Shown: in pieces, positions 1 to 6,680 of the stretch
How positions within the stretch are numbered: the first letter of the stretch is position 1
How the letters are laid out: every line of letters begins with the position of its first letter
NCBI GenBank assembly: GCA_048882385.1
Contig: JBHLRQ010000066.1
Coordinates: 1 to 11,834, forward strand
DNA: 11,834 nucleotides
Reading direction: 5' to 3'
From: Candidatus Thorarchaeota archaeon
GTDB lineage: Archaea > Asgardarchaeota > Thorarchaeia > Thorarchaeales > Thorarchaeaceae
The notes under the pieces: model-generated
The model's input: the letters and a program-made list of their open reading frames with translations, nothing else
What the model was told of the DNA's origin: nothing
Database searches by the model: none
Translations under genes and position numbers: made by a program

Positions 1-1
1 T

Positions 2-52
2 ACTGGAAAAAAGCCAGCTTGGTATTTACTTAGACAGGAATTTGGGTATTAA
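2..52 (+). CDS. Possible 3' end of an upstream gene (…TGKKPAWYLLRQEFGY*), truncated by the window edge
   Basis: Frame +2 is open from the window start to TAA at 50-52 and the peptide looks protein-like. Only 16 codons are visible, so it cannot be identified. Confidence 0.3.
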   Translation, partial: TGKKPAWYLLRQEFGY

Positions 53-100
53 GTACATAGTAGAGGTCTGCAACGGGGTTATCGAGATGTACATTAATAA

Positions 101-238
101 TTACTTGATGTAATAGTTTTTCACAAGCATGCCTCTGTGAAATACTCCACAGTCGCACTCAGCACATTCGTTTCTGAAATTCTCATGATCTTCACGAATA
201 TGACCACAAGTACATTGGTCTAATTTTCTCATACTCAT
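101..238 (-). CDS. 45-aa Cys/His-rich putative zinc-binding microprotein (MSMRKLDQCTCGHIREDHENFRNECAECDCGVFHRGMLVKNYYIK)
   Basis: Manual translation: ATG at 238 (alternative 232), TAA at 101-103. RBS GAGGTGA ends 4 nt before ATG 238 (10 nt before ATG 232). Motif C-x-C-G-H-x4-H-x6-C-x2-C-x-C-x2-F. The start overlaps the upstream ORF's stop (ATGA). Below the ORF-track length cut-off. Confidence 0.8.
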   Translation of the reverse strand: MSMRKLDQCTCGHIREDHENFRNECAECDCGVFHRGMLVKNYYIK

Positions 239-384
239 CTTGTCACCTCGTTCTTACTCTCTGTTTCAGATGATTTCTCAACCATCTGTTCATGAATCAT
301 CTTCAACAATCTGTGAGGCCCGTGTCCTTTTCTTACTCGGGCTCTATTGTATAGAGTCTTTGATGTGATTTTCATTTCTTCCAT
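235..384 (-). CDS. 49-aa hypothetical microprotein (MEEMKITSKTLYNRARVRKGHGPHRLLKMIHEQMVEKSSETESKNEVTR)
   Basis: Manual translation: ATG at 384 preceded by AGGA about 8 nt upstream. TGA at 235-237 overlaps the ATG of the Zn microprotein (ATGA coupling). Basic core RARVRKGHGPHR. Confidence 0.6.
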   Translation of the reverse strand: MEEMKITSKTLYNRARVRKGHGPHRLLKMIHEQMVEKSSETESKNEVTR

Positions 385-544
385 TTTGATTTCCTGCTTG
401 TGAGTAGCATGTAGTCTACCATCTGTATAGAATATATTTGAAAAACAGATGTGTCAAATATCAGACAAAAGGGTCTGCTCTAGATGGGTTTCACTAACCT
501 TTTTCTGTTTCTCTCACTTTTGCATGTTTGAGGTGTATTTTCTA

Positions 545-552
545 CTTATAAG
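545..552 (-). promoter_or_regulatory. Candidate TATA box (CTTATAAG) for the microprotein operon
   Basis: TTATAA core just downstream of the DUF72 stop. It would give a leader of about 140 nt. An alternative TATA-like AATATATT lies at 431-438. Confidence 0.35.
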
Positions 553-571
553 GTTGGGCATTTACAATCAA

Positions 572-1396
572 TCAGAAGAAAGAATCCAAGGTTGATTGAG
601 ATGTTTCTGTAGCCTTTAGCATGCGTTCAAGCTTCGCCTGCTGCTTCGGATTTATCTTCTTCAGAAGAGAGAGCATTTGAAAGGCGTTAAGTGGGGCGTT
701 CCCAGCAAAGTGATTGTTAAAGTATCCTAACGTAGTAGCAACACTACTTGTGACTTTTTCTAAACGGTCGACCCAAGGCTCAAGCTCTTCGATAGAATAT
801 CGATAATTAAACCATGGATTTTCTCCATGACCATGCCAACGTATGTAGGAGAAGTCTGCGGTTATTCTAAGGTCGATGGGGAGTTTGGGTTCATCAACAA
901 TCACATGTGCAACACCATAATCTTCAAGCAAATTCCAGACTCTTTGAATTAACCATGATTCATCCCGGAATTCAATGGCATACCGATATGCTGGATCAAG
1001 AGTTGAAAAGAATTTTTCAATGTCACCGAATTTGGTTATGTTCCATGGTGGAAGTTGTATCAGAAGAACTTGTACACGACCGTGGAGTGGTTCAAGAAGG
1101 CGAAAATATTCCCTGAGTATGGAACCTCCCTCACCACTGATATCGAGTTTGGTGTCATGTGTGACTTTTTTTGGCATTTTTGCGGTGAAGAAAACATTCG
1201 AATCCAGACTACCAAGGTGCTTCACAAACTTTGGCTGCGGTAGAGAATAGAATGTTGAGTTTATCTCAGCGGTATAGAAATACTTGAGATATTGTTGAAG
1301 CAGAGAACCTCCTGATGAGTAAAAGATTCCCTTCCAGTCTTTATCATAAGACCATCCGCTAGTTCCAATATGAAGCCCTTTTCTCATCAGTCTCAT
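572..1396 (-). CDS. DUF72 (YecE-like, TIM-barrel) protein with C-terminal PCNA-interacting (PIP) motif
   Basis: Family motifs IGTSGWSY, EINSTFY, KMPKKVTH, QLPP, AIEFRDESW, YIRWHG and YFNNH…GNAP.NA. The C-terminus is QSTLDSFF. The start could be 1387. Confidence 0.92.
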   Translation of the reverse strand: MRLMRKGLHIGTSGWSYDKDWKGIFYSSGGSLLQQYLKYFYTAEINSTFYSLPQPKFVKHLGSLDSNVFFTAKMPKKVTHDTKLDISGEGGSILREYFRLLEPLHGRVQVLLIQLPPWNITKFGDIEKFFSTLDPAYRYAIEFRDESWLIQRVWNLLEDYGVAHVIVDEPKLPIDLRITADFSYIRWHGHGENPWFNYRYSIEELEPWVDRLEKVTSSVATTLGYFNNHFAGNAPLNAFQMLSLLKKINPKQQAKLERMLKATETSQSTLDSFF

Positions 1397-1493
1397 TCTT
1401 ACAGTTGTCGCGAGTTACTATCTGTCTTCCGGCAGATTATCAAGATGATGAAATTCATAAGAAGGATAGCTGAAACTCCAAGACGTGTATCTG

Positions 1494-1802
1494 ATGATTG
1501 CAGAGAATGTAAAAGCAGAATTCAGCAACCTGGAGATTCACATGGGTGATTTTACAGATAGCAAATTCAAGATGAAATGTGTTGTTACTTATATCGACCA
1601 ACTTCTTGTCATGAATGGGGGAAAGAGAATAGCGACAATGCACGCTCGCAATATTGGAAACGTTCACCTTGACAAGAAAGGTATTAGAATTGCAGGTATG
1701 AATTTTGAAATCAAAGATGATGATGATGTGAGTGTGGCTAGTGGGTCAATCAGACTAGAGTTAGATGATCCTAAAGCTTGGTACGAGGAACTTTGGGGTT
1801 GA
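1494..1802 (+). CDS. Small hypothetical protein (about 102 aa), probable PH-like fold
   Basis: Track ORF 1485..1802 (GTG start). ATG at 1494 is preferred, with GACGTG upstream. A series of short alternating beta-strand patterns is followed by one C-terminal helix, DDPKAWYEELW. The fold assignment is inference. Confidence 0.75.
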   Translation: MIAENVKAEFSNLEIHMGDFTDSKFKMKCVVTYIDQLLVMNGGKRIATMHARNIGNVHLDKKGIRIAGMNFEIKDDDDVSVASGSIRLELDDPKAWYEELWG

Positions 1803-1805
1803 ACC

Positions 1806-1816
1806 AAGAATTTAAA
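1806..1816 (+). promoter_or_regulatory. BRE/TATA promoter of the glutamine synthetase-family gene
   Basis: Purine-rich AAGAA followed by TTTAAA at 1811-1816, about 45 nt upstream of the ATG. GGTGG RBS-like sequence at 1851-1855. Confidence 0.55.
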
Positions 1817-1856
1817 CGTACACAGCTCCGCACGAAAAAGGCGGATCACTGGTGGT

Positions 1857-3164
1857 TTGATGATGTCAGATAAGATTGAGTTCATAGAGCTAAGGTTTCC
1901 TGATTTGTTGGGTAGAATGAAGGCTATGATAGTGCCTTGCAAACCAGCAGAACATTTGGAAGCTGTATCACACGATCCAGCCTTAAAAAAGGGGACAAGC
2001 TGTGATGGAAGTTCTGTCACGGGTTTAGCAAATGTAGAAGCTTCAGACCTGCATCTTGTTCCGGATCCATCATCTCTAATCGAGCTTCCTTTTGGTTCGC
2101 ATCGAACTGCTGCCGCAATGTGTTTCGTTAGAGAAAAAATAGCCGATGAGTCTGAATACTATCCATTAGATACTAGAGGACTCTTACACAAAACATGCAA
2201 GGAACTACTCCCGGGAAAAATGCGACTTCTTGTCAAAGTGGAACCTGAGTTTCATCTAATTACTCCAGATGGTGAACCATTTGATGAAGCTAGTTATGCA
2301 GACACCTATCCAAAGAGTCCGGGGATGGATATACTGCTTGATATAGCCTCAGCTCTTAGATCTCTCGATATATCAACAAGAGTAATTCATCATGAAGTTG
2401 GAGAATCTCAGCAGGAAATCGAATTAGATTTTGAAGATTCGATGAAGATGGCGGACAATATTCTAGTATTCAAAAATCTTGCTAGGTCAATCTCACAGAA
2501 TCAAGATGTTGATGTTACATTCATGCCAAAACCTTTCGAGAATAAAGCTGGAAATGGCCTTCATTGTCACCTTCAACTCTGGGATGGTGAAAAGAATCTG
2601 TTTGGGGTTGACGATACATCAGAATTATCCGAAACTGCAAAGATGTTTATTGCAGGTTTGATTGAACATGCAGGAGCAATCACTGCTTTTGCTAATCCAA
2701 CAATCAACTCCTACAAACGACTAGTACCTCATCACGAAGCTCCAGTGTATATCACATGGGGAGTGATGAACAGAACTGCTCTGATTCGCGTTCCAATGTT
2801 TAAATCAGGGAATAATGCAGCAATTGAGTTTCGTTCTCCAGATCCAGTTGCTAATCCATATCTCTTATTCACAGCAATTATTGTTGCAGGTATGGATGGT
2901 ATAAGCAGAAAACTCACACCTCCAGACCCTCGTAGCGAAGACATCTTTCATATGACGGATGAAGAGAAGGATAAACTCGGAATTGAGATGCTACCAACTG
3001 CACTAGATGAAGCTCTTCTTGCTCTCAAGAATGATGATGTAATTAGTAAAGCAGTTGGTCCAGATATAATGAGAACATACATCAATCTGAAGAGAGAAGA
3101 ATGGCGTATATACACGAGTGAAATCGTTACAGACTGGGAGTGGGATATGTACGAGTACCACTAA
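1857..3164 (+). CDS. glnA: Glutamine synthetase family (type I / gamma-glutamyl-amine ligase-like)
   Basis: Motifs DGSSV.G…EASD, EPEF, HHEV…Q.EI, TFMPKP…GNGLHCH, NSYKRLVP..EAP, NRTALIRVP and EFRSPDP. The true start is probably ATG 1860 or 1863. Confidence 0.9.
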   Translation: MMMSDKIEFIELRFPDLLGRMKAMIVPCKPAEHLEAVSHDPALKKGTSCDGSSVTGLANVEASDLHLVPDPSSLIELPFGSHRTAAAMCFVREKIADESEYYPLDTRGLLHKTCKELLPGKMRLLVKVEPEFHLITPDGEPFDEASYADTYPKSPGMDILLDIASALRSLDISTRVIHHEVGESQQEIELDFEDSMKMADNILVFKNLARSISQNQDVDVTFMPKPFENKAGNGLHCHLQLWDGEKNLFGVDDTSELSETAKMFIAGLIEHAGAITAFANPTINSYKRLVPHHEAPVYITWGVMNRTALIRVPMFKSGNNAAIEFRSPDPVANPYLLFTAIIVAGMDGISRKLTPPDPRSEDIFHMTDEEKDKLGIEMLPTALDEALLALKNDDVISKAVGPDIMRTYINLKREEWRIYTSEIVTDWEWDMYEYH

Positions 3165-4318
3165 CTCTTACTGAAGAAAGAATACAATCTATCAAAAGCT
3201 TCATCCACAGCTTCAGGAGTTAATGGTCCAATTGAGATGCGAACAAAACCCTCTCCAGAAGCTCCAAAAATGACTCCTGGAAGTAATAATGTCCCAGTAG
3301 ATTGCAATATATCCATGACAAGTTTTCTAGAGTCTGTACAATCCTTTACGCGCGGGAATAGATAGAAAGTGCCTTTGGTGTAAGTTGGCTCGAAAGCATC
3401 AATTTCGCTCATACGCAAATATGCCAAGTCTCGGAGAAGATTAAGCCTTTCAAGCTCTTTGTCAACAGCATCAAGTCCTTCCTTTAACACTTCCAAAGCC
3501 AATAGTTGTCCAGCAGTTGGAGCGCATATTGAAATTGTATCTTGTACCTTGAGAAATTCCTTTGTAAAGTCTGAAGAGCCAACCACAAACCCCACTCGCC
3601 AACCACTCATTCCAAAATCCTTTGAAAAACTACCTAAAGTCAGAACATGGTTTCCTGCATCTCTCCGAGAGCGAGGACTATAATGTTCTGCTCCGTCAAA
3701 AACCATCCTTGAATAGGTTTCATCTGAAACAAGAGTGATATCGTGTTGAATGCAGAGATCTACAATCTGATTTAACACCTTTCTGTCATAAACTGCACCT
3801 GTCGGATTATTAGGTGATATCAGACAGATAGCTCGAGTCGTCTTGTCAATCGCAGCCTCTATTTTTTCAATCTGAGGTTGGAAATTACTATCAACAGGGA
3901 CTTCGACAGCTCTCCCTCCTGCAAGCTTCACCGCCATGACTGAGTTGAAATAGTATGGAGATGGAATTATAACACTCTCATTTGGTTCAATGAGTGTGAG
4001 AATGGCACCAGCAAAAGCATTGTTTGCTCCTGCTGTGATTACAAGCTCATTTTGTGGATTGATATCGATTCCTGACTCTTTACGTAAGTAGAGTGCAAGC
4101 TCTTCACGTAGTTCCAACAGTCCTTCATCGGGAGTATAGAGATGCGTTGAAGGATGAGACATTCTGTCACGAAGCCCGGACAAGGCAACCTCAGGAGGAA
4201 TATGTCCGGAGAGCCCTTGACCGAGGTTCAGAAAGTCTGGAGATGAAATGTATTTCTTGGCAGCTTCCGTTAGTTTGACAATTGGAGGGGCTTGGATATC
4301 TTCAGTCCGATACTTCAT
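3161..4318 (-). CDS. PLP-dependent aminotransferase, class I/II (aspartate/methionine aminotransferase-like)
   Basis: NLGQG, ITAGAN, SPNNPTG, SDETY, PLP-lysine motif SFSKDFGMSGWRVG, GTFYLF and GEGFVRIS. Confidence 0.95.
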   Translation of the reverse strand: MKYRTEDIQAPPIVKLTEAAKKYISSPDFLNLGQGLSGHIPPEVALSGLRDRMSHPSTHLYTPDEGLLELREELALYLRKESGIDINPQNELVITAGANNAFAGAILTLIEPNESVIIPSPYYFNSVMAVKLAGGRAVEVPVDSNFQPQIEKIEAAIDKTTRAICLISPNNPTGAVYDRKVLNQIVDLCIQHDITLVSDETYSRMVFDGAEHYSPRSRRDAGNHVLTLGSFSKDFGMSGWRVGFVVGSSDFTKEFLKVQDTISICAPTAGQLLALEVLKEGLDAVDKELERLNLLRDLAYLRMSEIDAFEPTYTKGTFYLFPRVKDCTDSRKLVMDILQSTGTLLLPGVIFGASGEGFVRISIGPLTPEAVDEAFDRLYSFFSKS

Positions 4319-4377
4319 GAGCTACACCAAGTTATTCAGTTGTCCCAATCCACGCGGCAATGTTGTCTAACCGAGTA

Positions 4378-4423
4378 GATATAACATTAACCTAATTTGT
4401 ACTCATTCAGCAATCGTTATATC
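4378..4423. promoter_or_regulatory. Back-to-back TATA boxes for the divergent aminotransferase and CDF genes
   Basis: GATATAAC (4378-4385) and GTTATATC (4416-4423) form a perfect 8-bp inverted repeat with a 30-nt spacer. Each reads TTATAT towards its gene. The + box is about 25 nt from ATG 4447, consistent with a leaderless mRNA. Confidence 0.55.
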
Positions 4424-4446
4424 CCTCTCGCAAAGCCGGCCTCCCT

Positions 4447-5850
4447 ATGCCAAGCTCAGCTGAAGTTGCTGAAGGTCGTAAGAAAGTCCAGAGAGCCGCT
4501 TTGATCTCTGTCCTAGCAGCAGCTACTCTAACCGGAATGAAGTTTGTGATAGGTCTGCTTACAAACTCACTCGGAATTATATCTGAAGCACTTCACAGTG
4601 GATTAGATTTCGCTGCAGCTGGCATAACCTTGATTGCAGTTAGAAGAGCATCAAAGGGACCTGACTCAGAACATCAGTTTGGTCATGGTAAGATCGAGAA
4701 TTTCGCTGCTCTGTCGGAAACCATCATTCTATGGATAACTTCTGTGTGGATTATAGTTGAAGCTTGGAGAAGGATTGAGTTACAAGAATGGCCAGAGGCA
4801 TCATTGTGGGGCATCCTTGTAATGACGATTGGAGTTGTTGTCACCTTCTGGCAAAGTAGAGTGCTATACAGAACTGCAGAAGAACACGGAAGCCAAGCTC
4901 TTGAGGCTGATGCTCTGCATTTTAGGACAGATATGATAAGCTCGATTGTCGTTCTATTAGGACTTGGATTTGTGTGGATTGATATACCGATTGCAGATCC
5001 TTTAGCTGCTATTGGCGTTGCGATAATTATCTTTGTTATTTCCTACCGTTTAGGACGGAGAACATTTGATGCACTCACAGATACAGCACCCGAAGGATTG
5101 AAGGAGGAGATTATCAAAAGAGTAGAAAGCATCAGTGATGTAGTCGAGTGCAGAAGGACCCGTGTCAGGCACTCAGGACCGGAGCTCTTTGTGGACATTG
5201 TGGTATCAGTTGACGAATCTGTGAGAATATCGGAAGCTCACGGTGTGACTGACTTGATTGAAAGAGCATTACTGGACTTAGCGCCACGTGTTGATGTCGT
5301 TATTCATGTTGAACCCTCTGAGGGAGATGATGCTGAGTTCCTAAAACTAGATATCTACAACCAGATGCAGGTGATTGCTCGGAGACTGTCCCATGTACAC
5401 AGTGTCCACAATCTTCGTGTCTTCTTAACTCCAGAAGGCATTGATATTGCAGCAGACTTGGAGTTATCCGAGAGTCTTACACTTGATGAAGCTCACTCGA
5501 TTTCAGAGAGATTTGAAGAGAGCTTGAAGAATATGGTTCCTCATGTGAATACTGTTACGTTGCATCTTGAAACCACAATCAGAGAAAGTCCCGCTCAAGA
5601 CATAACTCATGAATCGTCTGAGATTATTGAATTGATTACCAAGATAATGAAAGATACATCTAAATCTACAATATGCAGTAACATTGTTGTTCAGAAAGAG
5701 GAAAACGAAGTTGCGGTCCTTATTACATGCACAATTTCAGGTGAGACAACTCTGACCGAGAGTCATGAGATAGCTGAATCATTCAAAAAGAGGATTATTG
5801 AAACTCTCCCGGAAATCAACTCTGTCTTTATTCACTTTGAACCCTGCTGA
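4447..5850 (+). CDS. Cation diffusion facilitator (FieF/YiiP-like) with three tandem C-terminal ZT_dimer-type domains
   Basis: Six hydrophobic TM segments, HSGLD (TM2), HQFGHGKIEN and HFRTD (TM5). Three repeats of about 86-90 aa each contain E[AS]H and end in IHVEP, LHLET and IHFEP. Confidence 0.93.
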   Translation: MPSSAEVAEGRKKVQRAALISVLAAATLTGMKFVIGLLTNSLGIISEALHSGLDFAAAGITLIAVRRASKGPDSEHQFGHGKIENFAALSETIILWITSVWIIVEAWRRIELQEWPEASLWGILVMTIGVVVTFWQSRVLYRTAEEHGSQALEADALHFRTDMISSIVVLLGLGFVWIDIPIADPLAAIGVAIIIFVISYRLGRRTFDALTDTAPEGLKEEIIKRVESISDVVECRRTRVRHSGPELFVDIVVSVDESVRISEAHGVTDLIERALLDLAPRVDVVIHVEPSEGDDAEFLKLDIYNQMQVIARRLSHVHSVHNLRVFLTPEGIDIAADLELSESLTLDEAHSISERFEESLKNMVPHVNTVTLHLETTIRESPAQDITHESSEIIELITKIMKDTSKSTICSNIVVQKEENEVAVLITCTISGETTLTESHEIAESFKKRIIETLPEINSVFIHFEPC

Positions 5851-5900
5851 CCCAAGCTTAATATTCGACGAGGTTTGATTCAGCACAGAGGTACAAAACT

Positions 5901-6680
5901 ATGGACGAAGAATGTGCAGTCAAAATTCTTGGAGCGCCTGAGGCACAGGTCGTTCAGACAAAAGAAATTGAAATGAAACAACCTCTATTGGTGTGTTGTT
6001 TCCCATCAGCTGGAGTTGTAGGTACAATTGCAGCTCAAGAAATGATTCAGCAGTTTGAGATGGAAGAGGTTGCACATGTCAGATCACGATATATGCCTTC
6101 AGCAGCTGTTTTTCAGGATGGTCGTTTACGTCATCCTTTCAGAGTTTATGGTAAGAAGGACAAGAACCTTCTTGTTGTGACAGCAGAACTACCAGTAGCC
6201 GATGAGGGGCTTTATGTTGTTAGTTCCACCCTTCTTGATTGGGGTGCGACAGTTGGAGTCAAGGAAACAGTAATCCTTGATGGTATTCCTGTGCAAGGGC
6301 TTCCTACTTCACGTAAAGTATTGTACGCAGCGGAGGAGGAAAAGATCAATGAACTTGCAAAGGATGAAACAATGGAGATTCTCAGTAAGGGAATAATTAC
6401 TGGAATTGCAGGTTCGATTCTATCGGAAACACTATGTAGAGAGATGGTTGGATTTGCACTGTTGACACCTGCAATTGCAATGGTTCCAGACCCTGCAGGT
6501 GCAGTTCAGTTACTTGAAGCACTAAATAGGTTATACAAAGTCGATGTAAATGTTACAGATCTAAAAGAAAGTGCAGCTGAAATCAAATCAAAGATGGAAG
6601 AGATGGCTCAGCAAGTAGAAGGGATGCGTAGACAACAACAAGGTGCGGGTAGACCGGGATACGAGAGAATGTATGCTTAG
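5901..6680 (+). CDS. PAC2-family proteasome assembly chaperone/activator (PbaA/PbaB-like) with C-terminal HbYX motif
   Basis: FPSAGVVGTIA, HPFRVY, LDGIP, GIITGIAG, PDPAGA and a helical tail ending M-Y-A. RBS GAGGT, and a TTAATA box at 5858-5863. Confidence 0.9.
   Translation: MDEECAVKILGAPEAQVVQTKEIEMKQPLLVCCFPSAGVVGTIAAQEMIQQFEMEEVAHVRSRYMPSAAVFQDGRLRHPFRVYGKKDKNLLVVTAELPVADEGLYVVSSTLLDWGATVGVKETVILDGIPVQGLPTSRKVLYAAEEEKINELAKDETMEILSKGIITGIAGSILSETLCREMVGFALLTPAIAMVPDPAGAVQLLEALNRLYKVDVNVTDLKESAAEIKSKMEEMAQQVEGMRRQQQGAGRPGYERMYA

Noticed and set aside
514-525. Leaderless mini-ORF MQK* downstream of the 545-552 TATA (minus strand)
   Set aside because: Three codons with no independent support.
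5845-5850. Cys-TGA at the CDF end as a possible selenocysteine
   Set aside because: The stop falls right after the natural H.EP domain end. Readthrough would run through the next promoter out of frame into the PAC2 gene, and no SECIS is evident.
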